A stretch of DNA of 64,000 bases, from NCBI GenBank assembly GCA_016840035.1, contig JAEOTC010000038.1:64001-128000 (forward strand), read 5' to 3'. Below are positions 45,498 to 56,183 of this stretch, piece by piece (the stretch's first letter is position 1; each line of letters starts with the position of its first letter). The translations under genes and the position numbers were made by a program. This DNA is from Candidatus Hodarchaeota archaeon (GTDB lineage Archaea > Asgardarchaeota > Heimdallarchaeia > Hodarchaeales > Hodarchaeaceae). The notes beneath the pieces are model-generated. The model saw only the letters and a program-made list of their open reading frames with translations, was not told the DNA's origin and ran no database searches.

Positions 45498-45736
45498 GTT
45501 ATCATCTCTAACCGTTTTACATTACTACAAGGGCGTGAACTCGTAGTAGCCAATAGTAGTATTGTTAACAGGTCAATGGTGTCATTAGATGTTCTTAAGC
45601 TCCAGATTCTTATTTCTTCTGATGAAAGATTTTAAGTCTTTACCGAGGAGCTTTTTCCTCTTGGTTTGTTTGTTATAGAAGAAAATATGTCATATTAAGA
45701 ATAATGGCATAGTTTTCAGTGTGAAATATTCCTACA

Positions 45737-47587
45737 TTAAAAAGCCCAATATTTATTGACAGTTCGTCGTTTTATTTCTATTAATTCACTTAACGCATCC
45801 ATTTCTGATCCAGAAAGAATTTTATCCGCCAGTATCTTTCGTGCATGAGTCTCGGGAACATTTACCCAGAGCTCATCATCTTCTCTAATTTGTCTACCTG
45901 CTGTAGGGCCTTTTAATGCCACTGCAACTTGATTACTGACCTCTGCTTTAGGTAAATTTTCTCCACGATCTTGGATCTGCAACAAATGTCCGATTATTTT
46001 GTTATCACGATTTATGAGATCAACTTTTGGAGTAAGTACTCCAGAGAGAACTTCAACACCAACAATACAGGGTTTACACTGTCTAAAGATATAGGGGAGA
46101 ACTTTTATCTTACTTGGTCGTATGATATCTTTAAGAGCTTCTTCTTCTTCTTCCTGTTGGACTTTATATTGATATTCTTGATATTCCTCACTTAATTGGT
46201 AGATAATATCACTTTGTAGTATAGGTATTCCTAACCTATTTCCCTCTTCTTGTGCATCCTCAAGAACTATGGTTCTAAACGCAAGAATGATTCCAAATGA
46301 TTTATCCTTTTCCTTAGCAAGAGAGGCTTGATAAATATCCTTTTTTGTAACATCTCCGACAGCAGCAAATCGAATTTGAATACTCGAATCCCTAAGAAAA
46401 TTGACTAACGCTTCTAAAGAACCTAACGCATCAGCTTTTACAATTACCCCTGCATCGTCAGTTTCAACTAAAATACTTGCTAATTCGTCCTCAATCTTTT
46501 TAACAGCTTCATCTTCAGATTCCTCTGAAACAACGTAGAGAGAGGATCCCGCAATTGCATCTTCTAACTCAGGGGCTACTATTTTCACTCCTATCGCAGC
46601 TATTGCTTCATTTACGTTTCCAAATTTATTACGAGGGTCACGAATTTCATCAAGATCTTTCGGTAGCAGAAGTGCCCTAACTTTGGTTGATATAACACCA
46701 TTCTTACCAGCAAGTACAATGTGGGAATTATTTCGTATTATTCCATCGAATAAAATCACATCAAGGGTTGTTCCAAGACCTACTTCCTTTTTGACTTCTA
46801 GAACCACTCCCTTTCCACTATCAAGATGTAGAGCAAGCTGTGTTTTTAAGTACTGTTCCGTTAAAGTTGCTAAAACAAGGAATAATTCAGGGATGCCTTC
46901 TCCTGTGACCGCAGAAGTCGGTATAATGGCAATTTTCTTTGCAAAATTCTTTATCTTGTCGTATCTCTCGGGTTCTAGATTGAAATGACTTAATTCAGCC
47001 ATAATTTCATAAATAACAGTTTGGAGTGCATCCTGAGTTGTGCTAGACTGTTTTTTTAATGATTGAACAAGTGATAATTTTGGATAACTACGCCAACCTG
47101 GTAATCTATCAATTTTATTTGCAGCAATAAGAAAGGGTACTTTATTTCGAACTAAAATTCGTAAAGATTCCACTGTTTGAGGTTGTATACCTCGTCGCAC
47201 ATCAATCACAAGTATTGAAAAGTTGGCTGTGCTTGCTCCTCTTGACCTGAGATTCATAAAGGCAGCATGACCTGGTGTATCAATAATAAGAATTCCAGGT
47301 ATATTAAGACTTTTCTTACCATCTCCCAATAATTTTCCACACAAAGCAGTAACCGTATCGATAGGAAAAAAACTAGCTCCAATATGTTGAGTTATCCCGC
47401 CAGTTTCTCTTGCCTGTACTGCTGTACCTCTCACTTTATCCAGTAAGCTTGTTTTTCCGGAGTCAACATGTCCCAAGATAACTGTAATTGGACTCCTCAT
47501 TAATTCTTTAGAATTATTGTCTTCGGTCAAGATAATCACTCCAGAGTTAATTAATTTTCCATACTCCTCAGAATACTGTTTGATCAC
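45737..47587 (-). CDS. infB: Translation initiation factor aIF5B (IF-2); probable start at MRSP (~47500)
   Basis: RSPITVILGHVDSGKT, GGITQHIGA, DTPGH, NKID, KADALGSLEAL. Confidence 0.96.
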   Translation of the reverse strand: MIKQYSEEYGKLINSGVIILTEDNNSKELMRSPITVILGHVDSGKTSLLDKVRGTAVQARETGGITQHIGASFFPIDTVTALCGKLLGDGKKSLNIPGILIIDTPGHAAFMNLRSRGASTANFSILVIDVRRGIQPQTVESLRILVRNKVPFLIAANKIDRLPGWRSYPKLSLVQSLKKQSSTTQDALQTVIYEIMAELSHFNLEPERYDKIKNFAKKIAIIPTSAVTGEGIPELFLVLATLTEQYLKTQLALHLDSGKGVVLEVKKEVGLGTTLDVILFDGIIRNNSHIVLAGKNGVISTKVRALLLPKDLDEIRDPRNKFGNVNEAIAAIGVKIVAPELEDAIAGSSLYVVSEESEDEAVKKIEDELASILVETDDAGVIVKADALGSLEALVNFLRDSSIQIRFAAVGDVTKKDIYQASLAKEKDKSFGIILAFRTIVLEDAQEEGNRLGIPILQSDIIYQLSEEYQEYQYKVQQEEEEEALKDIIRPSKIKVLPYIFRQCKPCIVGVEVLSGVLTPKVDLINRDNKIIGHLLQIQDRGENLPKAEVSNQVAVALKGPTAGRQIREDDELWVNVPETHARKILADKILSGSEMDALSELIEIKRRTVNKYWAF

Positions 47588-47815
47588 CTGAAATACAGGT
47601 TATCTCAATTTCAAACGCGCGTTAAATTAGTGATACCATATTAAATAAGCTATTTCACCAGATTTCTTTGGTAAACTTGCGATCGTTTAGCTTACAGGTC
47701 ATGGAATAGGAAATCCTAACACATTGAATTACTTACCGTTGATTGAAAGCTAAAATTTATGACCATATTGATTGTGTGTTGATATATCGTAGAAAGGTTC
47801 GGAGAATGTAAATTT

Positions 47816-48223
47816 TTGCGCAGAGATAATACCCATTATTTTATATATCCAGAATATTTCGATAAATCTCTTAAACGTCGTGAAGGACGAAGATTACCTA
47901 TTAGTGATTCATTAGAAAATCCCTCATTATTAGAAATTCGATTAGCGGCAGAGAAAATAGGTTTGGATTATGAAATTAGGGAAAATGGAAGTTACCCCCG
48001 TCAATGGTGGAATCCAAAAGGTTTGATTCTTATTGAGAAAAAGGATTCAAAATTGACGACTATTCGGAAGTTAAGCCTTGAAATAGAAAAGAATATCAAA
48101 CCTGCTCTTGAGAAAAAGAGAAAGGAAGTTAAGGAAGCCAAAAAAAAGAAGAGTTCGAAACCTAGATATAAAACCACAAAAAAGAAATCTCAAACAGAAT
48201 TTCGACCTAAGCGTCGTAGATAA
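47816..48223 (+). CDS. srp19: Signal recognition particle protein SRP19
   Basis: IYPEYFDKSLKRREGRR, YPRQWW. Confidence 0.92.
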   Translation: MRRDNTHYFIYPEYFDKSLKRREGRRLPISDSLENPSLLEIRLAAEKIGLDYEIRENGSYPRQWWNPKGLILIEKKDSKLTTIRKLSLEIEKNIKPALEKKRKEVKEAKKKKSSKPRYKTTKKKSQTEFRPKRRR

Positions 48224-48324
48224 CTTTAAACTATTGAATCTATCTATTCTGGAATCTAGATTCAATTTATAAAAGCTAGATTAGGTGTTCAAATATGTTA
48301 ACATCCTACTAAGGGGAGGTACGA

Positions 48325-48966
48325 ATGAGAAAAAAACGTGATGTTTACACCAAACGCGCGAAACAGGAAGGGTATAGAAGTCGAGCTTTCTATAAACTAC
48401 AACAGATCAACAGCAAATTTAAGATCTTTCACTCCAACCAAATCATAATTGATCTCTGTGGTGCCCCTGGGGGATTTTCTCAGGTAGCAAGAGATTGTAC
48501 GCGAGGAAAAGCATCAATAATCCTTGTTGATCTTGCTAGAATTAAACCAATTCCCGGTATTACAGAAATAATTAAAGGAAATATTACTGATGTCTCTACT
48601 GTCTTCAAAATTCGCGAAGTTGTTGAAAAACATCGATCTCGTAAACAGGAAATAGTAGTTCTTGCTGATTGTTCTCCTAATGTTTCGGGAAATTGGCCTA
48701 CCGATCATGCAATACAAATATGGTTATCGAGAGTGGCTCTTGGAATTTCAAATTATTTTTTAGCCGTCAAATTTATTTCTAAAGCTTTTCAGGGAGAATC
48801 ATTCCCAGATTTTCTTGCAGAAATTAAGGAATACTTTCAGGATGTAAAAATTAGTAAACCCCCTACTTCACGAAAAACCAGTGCGGAAGTATATATCGTT
48901 GCACAGAATAGACGAGATTCAAATCTGACATTATTTGATACGAATATACTCCTTAAAGATGAATGA
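48325..48966 (+). CDS. rlmE: rRNA 2'-O-methyltransferase, RlmE/FtsJ family
   Basis: GYRSRAFYKL, DLCGAPGGFSQ, DCSPNVSG, SRKTSAEVY. Confidence 0.93.
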   Translation: MRKKRDVYTKRAKQEGYRSRAFYKLQQINSKFKIFHSNQIIIDLCGAPGGFSQVARDCTRGKASIILVDLARIKPIPGITEIIKGNITDVSTVFKIREVVEKHRSRKQEIVVLADCSPNVSGNWPTDHAIQIWLSRVALGISNYFLAVKFISKAFQGESFPDFLAEIKEYFQDVKISKPPTSRKTSAEVYIVAQNRRDSNLTLFDTNILLKDE

Positions 48967-48983
48967 TCGGTTAAGGGATAATT

Positions 48984-50162
48984 GTGGATTTAACCAAGAT
49001 TATTGAGGGAAGAAGAGAATATTTTATTCCTTCTCCTATCGTTGATGGTTCAATTCCCAGAAAAGTAGACGATGCATTCTTTAATCCTCATCAAAAGTTG
49101 AATAGGGATTTTTCTGTTCTAATACTGAGAATTTATGCCAAAATAAATAAAAAACTCACACTCAGAATATGCGAACCCTTCGGAGGGGTTGGTGTAAGAA
49201 CTTGTCGTTATGCAGTAGAGGTTCCTTCTGAAGCAATTCACTATAATGATGTCAATTCTGATGCTATTAAGGTAGCTCACCAGAATTTCTCGACTCTATC
49301 AAAGCAGGATCGGAATAAAATCAGTATTTACAATAAGGAGTTTACTGATTTCTTGCATTCACTATATATTGATCATCCAATAATGGATTTCATTGATATA
49401 GATCCATATGGATCTCCAATTCCTTTCGTTTCTAGAAGTCTTAAATTCGTTACATTACGCGGGTTACTTGCTTTTACGGCAACTGATTTGGCTAGCCTAT
49501 CTGGACTATATCCTCGAGCTTTATACTCAAAATATGGTATTGGTATATTTGAGACACGAATTGGGAATGTTCATGAACTTGCTGCACGTAATTTAATCAC
49601 TGGAATTCAAAAAATAGGTTTAACTCAAAATCAATCAGTTCTTCCAGTTTTTACAGTTTATTATCGACATTTCATTAGGACATTTCTGATTAGAGAACGG
49701 GGAGTTGATAAAGTTCTCGATTCAACTGGTTTTCTCCACAAATGCCAAAAATGCAATTGCATTTTCCACACTTCTCTGAAATCCAAAAATGTTAGATGTA
49801 TTTCATGCGATAGTGTTCAGCTTCGGAGTATTGGTCCTTTATATCTGGGAAAACTTCACGATGAGATGTACCTATCATATCTCAAGGAAGAACCTCATCT
49901 TATGGATTTAAATGGCGCTAAGAAGATAAAAAAATTAATTAATTTAATTAATGAAGAAAATAAGCTTGATATTCCTTGGTCATTTGATGTACAGAACATT
50001 GCAAAAGATATTAATGAACCAATTCCTCCTATGAATTTCATTGTTAAAAGAATTATTGATAGGGGTCACAAATGTTACAAAACCCATTTTTCAGGATCTT
50101 GTCTAAAGACAAATGCGAGTTATAACGATTTATGTGAAATTGTGAAGGCTGGTATCGAGTAG
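48984..50162 (+). CDS. trm1: tRNA (guanine26-N2)-dimethyltransferase
   Basis: FFNP..KLNRD, GVR, IDIDPYGSP, TATD, GPLYLGKL, THF. Confidence 0.93.
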   Translation: MDLTKIIEGRREYFIPSPIVDGSIPRKVDDAFFNPHQKLNRDFSVLILRIYAKINKKLTLRICEPFGGVGVRTCRYAVEVPSEAIHYNDVNSDAIKVAHQNFSTLSKQDRNKISIYNKEFTDFLHSLYIDHPIMDFIDIDPYGSPIPFVSRSLKFVTLRGLLAFTATDLASLSGLYPRALYSKYGIGIFETRIGNVHELAARNLITGIQKIGLTQNQSVLPVFTVYYRHFIRTFLIRERGVDKVLDSTGFLHKCQKCNCIFHTSLKSKNVRCISCDSVQLRSIGPLYLGKLHDEMYLSYLKEEPHLMDLNGAKKIKKLINLINEENKLDIPWSFDVQNIAKDINEPIPPMNFIVKRIIDRGHKCYKTHFSGSCLKTNASYNDLCEIVKAGIE

Positions 50163-50252
50163 TGTTATTCATCGTTTTTCCGAAAAAAGATTTGTTTAAG
50201 TAGAAATGAAACAAACAAAAACAAATTCATGAACGAAGATAAAAAACAAGAG

Positions 50253-50394
50253 TAGGGACGGCGGGATTTGAACCCACGACCTCTTGGTATTCTGATAACC
50301 AACATCGGTTGGTTATTCCCAAACCAAGAATCATCTAGTCGTTATTTCCGTGTTATTCCAGAGAATAACTAAAACCATGCTAGACTACGTCCCT
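50253..50394 (-). tRNA. tRNA-Pro(TGG) with two introns (D-loop ~50335-50372; canonical 50289-50317)
   Basis: AGGGACG/CGTCCCT acceptor, CTTGG/CCAAG anticodon stem, TTTGGG|A loop, GTTCAAATCC; removing the 38- and 29-nt hairpin inserts leaves a 75-nt cloverleaf. Confidence 0.85.
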
Positions 50395-50683
50395 AATGTT
50401 CACACGAAAAATTTCTGAAGCTCCTGACTAATTGTTTCACCTAAATCTTTCAGTAGAAAGACTCTTCAATTCAGGTTTAATTTTTTTTCTCTCTTTTCTC
50501 CATTTAAAGCTTTTCCAAAAGAAAAAGATTGAAGAAAAATTATTCCATCAAGTCTTGTTACCAAAATCAATTTTGACATTTGTGTCTTTCTGCTCTATTA
50601 GATCATAATAACAGCATCTCATTAGTTCAAAAAAAGCATTCCTTAATTCTCTGGATTTTCCATGGTCATTCTCTTTACCACGT

Positions 50684-51283
50684 TTACTTAGGATTTTTCT
50701 GAGATAATCTTATAGTATCCACTAATTCTTTCTGTTTAACAGGACTGGATTCAATTTCTTGGTAATTAAAAAGTTCCATTTCAAACGATAGCGCTTTTAG
50801 TTCCTCTAAACAAATTTTATTTTGATGTTTCTCTTTTGCAACTTTTACATTCACTTTTCTATTGATTTGAGACTCAGAACGATTTTCAATGTTAAGTTTT
50901 TGATCAACCGTATCATTTAAATCCTTCATATATGTTTCCAATTTCTCTTCTATCTGTCTGTCCTTTGAGTCAGTTTCTTTAAGTTGCTTATCTCTAATGC
51001 AATCTTCAAGGTAATTATGATCTATATTATAATCAATTCTGGATTGTTTTAGGAATTTCTCACAATCCTCCTCATTTTCTTTTACAATTGTCGGTTCTTT
51101 CTCTTCAAAATAAGAAACCTCACTTTTTTTACTATCTTCATTAAAGACCACAATTTGATCCTCATATGGCCCCTCTGCGAGTAGAATTTCCTCTAATTTC
51201 TCAATCTCTTTGTATTTATCTCTAGTTTTCTGTTCTAGTTCCTTATCCTTTTCCTTCCATTTCATAGCTTCCTCTGGTGACAA
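50684..51283 (-). CDS. Charged, low-complexity orphan protein
   Basis: 199-aa Glu/Lys-rich ORF with no recognisable motif. Confidence 0.45.
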   Translation of the reverse strand: MSPEEAMKWKEKDKELEQKTRDKYKEIEKLEEILLAEGPYEDQIVVFNEDSKKSEVSYFEEKEPTIVKENEEDCEKFLKQSRIDYNIDHNYLEDCIRDKQLKETDSKDRQIEEKLETYMKDLNDTVDQKLNIENRSESQINRKVNVKVAKEKHQNKICLEELKALSFEMELFNYQEIESSPVKQKELVDTIRLSQKNPK

Positions 51284-51543
51284 TTCAGGAGTTCACTCCA
51301 AAAAATTCTTTGAATTACCGATGTTCAATATGGATCAGTTGATCCCCTTAAATATCAAAAATCACAAGTGAGTAAACAATGAGAACTTTTCTTTCGGAAA
51401 TTGGATTTATCCGTTCAGTTTACTACAAATGCATTTTTTCATCACAATGTGCCTAATTTCAGCCAATCAAAAAATATTTTTACCCCACTCTTAATAAAGC
51501 CTATACAGATTGAGAGAGATGAGTAAAAATGAAACCGATATTG

Positions 51544-51561
51544 AATCCCGTCGTCCCTACT
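51544..51561 (+). repeat. Inverted copy of the tRNA-Pro 3' end (17/18 nt)
   Basis: aatcccgtcgtccctact versus the reverse complement of 50251-50268 (aatcccgccgtccctact). Confidence 0.7.
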
Positions 51562-51628
51562 TTTCTAATTATTTTTAAAGTCTAATAAGGATATATTGAA
51601 TACCTAGACAAGTTGGATAGAAGTTAAT

Positions 51629-52504
51629 ATGAAAAAATTGTCAATGAACGGAAAAATCTGTCTTATAACAGGCGCAAATAGTGGAATTGGAAAATTCACG
51701 GCCCTAGAATTAGCGAAATTAGGATCACACGTTGTGATGATCTGTCGAAATTATGAAAGGGGTGTAAAGGCTCAAAAAGAAATTATTGAGCAGTCAAAAA
51801 ATCCTGATATTGACCTTTATATTGTAGATTTGGCTTCTCAATCAGCAATTAAGAATTTCGCCGAGGATTTCAAAAAGAAGTATGATATGTTACACATCCT
51901 AATTAATAATGCAGGTACAATTACCAAAACTTGGACAGCGACAGAAGATGGAATTGAAAGGACTTTTGCTGTTAATCATCTTGGTCCATTCTTAATTACA
52001 AACCTCCTCCTTGATTTTTTAAACGCTGGAGCCCCCTCGAGGATAATTACTATAACCTCAGGAATGCATTCTAAGGATCCTATTTCTATTGATAGTATTC
52101 AATCTCAGGAAAATTACAGTAATTTAAAGGCGTATTCCATCTCCAAACTAGCAAATATTCTCTTTACTTATGAATTGAGCAATCGCTTACTTAATTCAGG
52201 AATTAAGACTGTTACAGCTAATGTTGTTCATCCTGGTTTCACTCGTACGAATTTTGGAAAGGAGGGCCTCTCTTTTCTACAAAAACTAGGTCTTACGCTT
52301 ATTCATCCATTTATGGCTGTGTCTCTGCAAAAAGGTGCAGAAACTCCGATTTTTCTAGCTATTTCCCCCGATGTTGAAGGGATTACTGGTAAATATTATG
52401 TAAACAAGAAGATTGAACAATCAGCTCCAAATACTTATGATCAAGAGAATCAGAACCTGTTATGGAAAATAAGTGAAAAATTAACCGCTATTAAGACAAT
52501 ATAA
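51629..52504 (+). CDS. Short-chain dehydrogenase/reductase (retinol-DH-like)
   Basis: TGANSGIG, INNAG, VNHLGPFL, YSISK, HPG. Confidence 0.93.
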   Translation: MKKLSMNGKICLITGANSGIGKFTALELAKLGSHVVMICRNYERGVKAQKEIIEQSKNPDIDLYIVDLASQSAIKNFAEDFKKKYDMLHILINNAGTITKTWTATEDGIERTFAVNHLGPFLITNLLLDFLNAGAPSRIITITSGMHSKDPISIDSIQSQENYSNLKAYSISKLANILFTYELSNRLLNSGIKTVTANVVHPGFTRTNFGKEGLSFLQKLGLTLIHPFMAVSLQKGAETPIFLAISPDVEGITGKYYVNKKIEQSAPNTYDQENQNLLWKISEKLTAIKTI

Positions 52505-52521
52505 GTAGAATTTAGAACAGT

Positions 52522-54657
52522 TTACTCTTGTAATTCTGCGATTAGTTCTTCACTAAGCGTTTTAGGTGAGGGAAAACGAATTCGGTTCACATATAATTCT
52601 TGACGTTGAACTGTTTCTTCTTGTACTTCTTGAGTCTTTAATTGAATACGTCCTTTTAATTGAACAGTTTTACCCTCAGATTCATTCTGCATTTCTTCAA
52701 ATATTTGGTCATCTGTTTTTCCTTCATTAATCATCTGCTCAATATCTCTTTCTTTAAATCCCGTTAGAATTTCACCTGAAATTCCAAAGAAAGTTACTTT
52801 TATTGTACCTGTACCATCATCCAGTAATCCACTTATTCTCACTCGAATCGTAGGTTCAACAATTCCATGTTCACGACAATTCCATTCATTGCCATCTTCT
52901 GTTTGATCAACCTTTTTCTTACAAATAGAGCAACCATGATAGTAAGGAGATTGTTGGAATAGTCTGATTACCTTTCCTACGACCTCAATAGTGTCACCAT
53001 CTGCTTCATTAGATAACTCTGCAAGATGAGTTTTTATATAATCAATCGTTGATTGACTGGTCTCAGTGGTATATTGCTTCTTTTGAATATGCTGTAAGCT
53101 TGAGGGAATTTCACTCTCTTCTCGAACTTCACTCTGAAAGTTTAAGTGAATCTCGACCCGTCCTTCTTGGTTTTCACGGATCCCCCCGTATAATATTTTG
53201 ACATAGTTTGTCTTCTCAGGATCTAAATGATCAAATTTCTCGACATTATCATTCCATGCAACGATACGTATACTATCTGAATCGTCTTCAAGTTCTATAG
53301 ACCTAACTTTTCCAGAAGATCCATCTGATCGATTAAATTCCCTTATATCGGATACAGATTGTAAAATACCTTGAACGCATCCGATTCCCTTTTCTGTTTG
53401 AAGAGATGTAATTTGAGTTACAGGAGGCCCTGAATTGATTTTATTTGTTGTATCTTCTGAAAAAGTTGTATTCGTTGTTGTATGGAGTTCTATTGTATTA
53501 AATTTTGATAGAGAAACTCGTAAATTACTAATTTGAATTGATTGATCATTAAAATTGTCAAATTCAGAATTTCCATCACCCCATAGGACGATAGATACTA
53601 CTCCAGTATTATCAAATATGATTCCACGACGTACGCTCCCAATCGATCCATCTTTTCGAGTAAACTCGCGAATATCACTTATAGGCCCTTTTTTCACTTC
53701 AACTGATATAAAATTATCTTCTGAGCTGATATCTTGAATTTCTTTCACTTTAGAACTTTGAATTTCCCCCTCTGGTCCGATTTTTTCTTCCAATGGTGGT
53801 AAAGAGGTATGTCCAACTTTCGTTACGTTAGTAGATCGATTAGAATGTAATTCTGGTTTTCCATCACGATCCAGCTTTACATTTGCTCCCTGAATCAGGA
53901 GTTCATCCCCACGGGTGAAATTGAATGCATCCTCTGCTCTTTGATCCCAAAAAACTATTCGTGTACTTACTCGATTTCCCTTCAGGAACACATTTGATAC
54001 ACGCCCTTCTGTCCCATCAGCCCTATTAAATGTGACAAGACGACCGAGTTTTGTAACAGTTCCTTTGGTGTCTATTTCTTCCATTTCTTCATCTAGTACA
54101 TCGAGATCAATTATTTCGTCTTCTGGATCAGGGTAAGCTTCTTTTTCTGCATCGATTATAATATTAACAAATCCACGATCTCCTAAGTGTAATTCTAGAT
54201 CCTTATTTCTTCCTAATTTTGTATAACCCTGTTTTAGATTAACTATGGTACCTCGTCTCAGTTGATTCTCTGTGACTTGACGAGCTTTTGTTCCCCAGAG
54301 GAGAGTTCTTATACTATCAGAGCCGTCATGCAGAAGAATCGGGGCTAAAAGACTTTTTCCTCCCTCTCGTGAAAATTCTATTGGATTATATATACGTAAA
54401 ATAACTCCTGTTATATTAACTCCTGATAATCCTGGTTCCATTTGCTTTAATTTCTTTATTGTTAATTCAGGTTTTTTTTGAGATTCTGGTCTCCCAATAG
54501 GGACATTAAAGTCCTTTGCAATGATATGCGCTGCCGCAATATCATTTATGAGATGCTCAAGTTCTTCTTTTTTTGCATCAATCTTTTGCTTTATTTCCGC
54601 TCGTGAAAGCCCTGTATGTTGAGAAATTTTCTGTATCAAGTCTTCAATGTTAGCCAC
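52522..54657 (-). CDS. Replication protein A large subunit (multiple OB folds + Zn finger)
   Basis: Repeated EF.R.DG..G.V...D..G.I....W OB motifs; C-terminal YHGCSICKKK...CREHG, DDGTG. Confidence 0.9.
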   Translation of the reverse strand: MANIEDLIQKISQHTGLSRAEIKQKIDAKKEELEHLINDIAAAHIIAKDFNVPIGRPESQKKPELTIKKLKQMEPGLSGVNITGVILRIYNPIEFSREGGKSLLAPILLHDGSDSIRTLLWGTKARQVTENQLRRGTIVNLKQGYTKLGRNKDLELHLGDRGFVNIIIDAEKEAYPDPEDEIIDLDVLDEEMEEIDTKGTVTKLGRLVTFNRADGTEGRVSNVFLKGNRVSTRIVFWDQRAEDAFNFTRGDELLIQGANVKLDRDGKPELHSNRSTNVTKVGHTSLPPLEEKIGPEGEIQSSKVKEIQDISSEDNFISVEVKKGPISDIREFTRKDGSIGSVRRGIIFDNTGVVSIVLWGDGNSEFDNFNDQSIQISNLRVSLSKFNTIELHTTTNTTFSEDTTNKINSGPPVTQITSLQTEKGIGCVQGILQSVSDIREFNRSDGSSGKVRSIELEDDSDSIRIVAWNDNVEKFDHLDPEKTNYVKILYGGIRENQEGRVEIHLNFQSEVREESEIPSSLQHIQKKQYTTETSQSTIDYIKTHLAELSNEADGDTIEVVGKVIRLFQQSPYYHGCSICKKKVDQTEDGNEWNCREHGIVEPTIRVRISGLLDDGTGTIKVTFFGISGEILTGFKERDIEQMINEGKTDDQIFEEMQNESEGKTVQLKGRIQLKTQEVQEETVQRQELYVNRIRFPSPKTLSEELIAELQE

Positions 54658-54909
54658 AATACTTCATTCCACTGCTTTTTTGAATGATTACTTTGATCGG
54701 ATTCAATACGTTTCCGAATATTTTATCGCTAATAAGTTGGGTTTAGTAATTTCATTAACTTATTTTTGCTTCAATGACTGTTTGCTTGAGATTATCAATC
54801 AACATATATTCTTGATGTAGCTTATATATTCATAAAAATCGGTTAACATTGAAGAATAGACCCAAAATTAGGATATTTCATCATAAAAATGGGTTTTCTT
54901 CTTAAAACC

Positions 54910-55503
54910 CTACCAATTTTGATATTTTACACCCAATTCTTTTACAATTAAATTACGAACCATACTACGGAAATCACGGCATCCATCTTTTGTTTTAAAA
55001 GAAGTAGGAAGAATTTCTATCCTTGGTAACTTATATGTGGAAAGAATATCTACATTTCGGTTAAATAGAACAGTATTAACCTTATCAATCTTATTCATTA
55101 GCACTATGGGAGGGTTCTTTGTCACTTCTCCTAAGAACTGTATCATCTCAATGTCAATTGGGATTATTCCTTTTTTCTCAAGATTTTCTGTGACGATGTG
55201 AAATGTTGAGGAATCGATGACATGTATTCCGAATATTATGGGATTTTCTGGGTTTTCCAGAAAATTGACAATCTGATCCTTAATCTTTTCCTCGAGAGAT
55301 TTAGAGCGTCGTGTAATTCTTCCAAATCCGGGTAAATCTACTAAGAAAACGTCATTAACTAGCTGTACAGGAGCAATTCGAAGTGTAGTTCCAGCTCTTT
55401 TCCCCACGGGACGTTTAGAACGTGCCAGAAAGTTAATTACAGTTGTTTTACCTGCATTAGGTCTACCAGTTACTGGGATATTGTAAGAGTTGTTCATAAT
55501 CAA
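54910..55503 (-). CDS. engB: EngB/YsxC-family GTPase
   Basis: GRPNAGKT, GTT, DLPGFG, NKID. Confidence 0.85.
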   Translation of the reverse strand: MIMNNSYNIPVTGRPNAGKTTVINFLARSKRPVGKRAGTTLRIAPVQLVNDVFLVDLPGFGRITRRSKSLEEKIKDQIVNFLENPENPIIFGIHVIDSSTFHIVTENLEKKGIIPIDIEMIQFLGEVTKNPPIVLMNKIDKVNTVLFNRNVDILSTYKLPRIEILPTSFKTKDGCRDFRSMVRNLIVKELGVKYQNW

Positions 55504-56150
55504 AACTTTAACAGGAAAGTGAGTAATAAACCAGATAGGACTGGCACGGTAATATTATCGTTTAATTTATCCCCTGTGGTTAATTCGACAAGGGCAGATA
55601 TGAAGCAGACGAGGAAATTGATAACGATAAAGTATATCGTTTGGAGATCTTCAGGTCCTTTAATTCTAAAAAATGTAAGATCAGGTGTAATTTCTGGATT
55701 CAACCCTACAAAAAAGAAAAGAATCGAACTGCTGATGAATCCTGCAAGAAGGAAGGCTAAAAAACCCTCAAAACTTTTATTTTGAAAACGTGGAAATCTT
55801 CTTCGACCGAATCTCGATCCAATGACATTAGCAAAACCATCACCGAAAGCCATTATACAGAAAACAGCAGCTGCAATCCGCAAATCCAAAAGTATTACGG
55901 AGATCATAACCATGAGAATATATAGCAGGGGGCCGTATAAATAACCTGTTTTAACATCCCTTTCACGTGATGCCATAGCTTCAAACCCTCTCTTCCACAT
56001 ATTTGGCCGGGCAATGACTATGATAAAGAACAAAGCAATCAGAGTAATTAAAATCAGTAACATGCGTGGAAATATTGCTATCAAGGGAGTAAGAAACCCA
56101 AATCCGATATGGATTGATTTTCTTTTAGTTTCTTGATCCATCAAGATCAC
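55500..56150 (-). CDS. Dolichol/phytol kinase-like CTP-dependent membrane kinase
   Basis: RKSIHI, FGDGFANVIG, KSFEG, DNITVP. Confidence 0.88.
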   Translation of the reverse strand: MILMDQETKRKSIHIGFGFLTPLIAIFPRMLLILITLIALFFIIVIARPNMWKRGFEAMASRERDVKTGYLYGPLLYILMVMISVILLDLRIAAAVFCIMAFGDGFANVIGSRFGRRRFPRFQNKSFEGFLAFLLAGFISSSILFFFVGLNPEITPDLTFFRIKGPEDLQTIYFIVINFLVCFISALVELTTGDKLNDNITVPVLSGLLLTFLLKF

Positions 56151-56183
56151 TTCTTGCTCTGAGAATCAGAGAAGTCTATCCCA

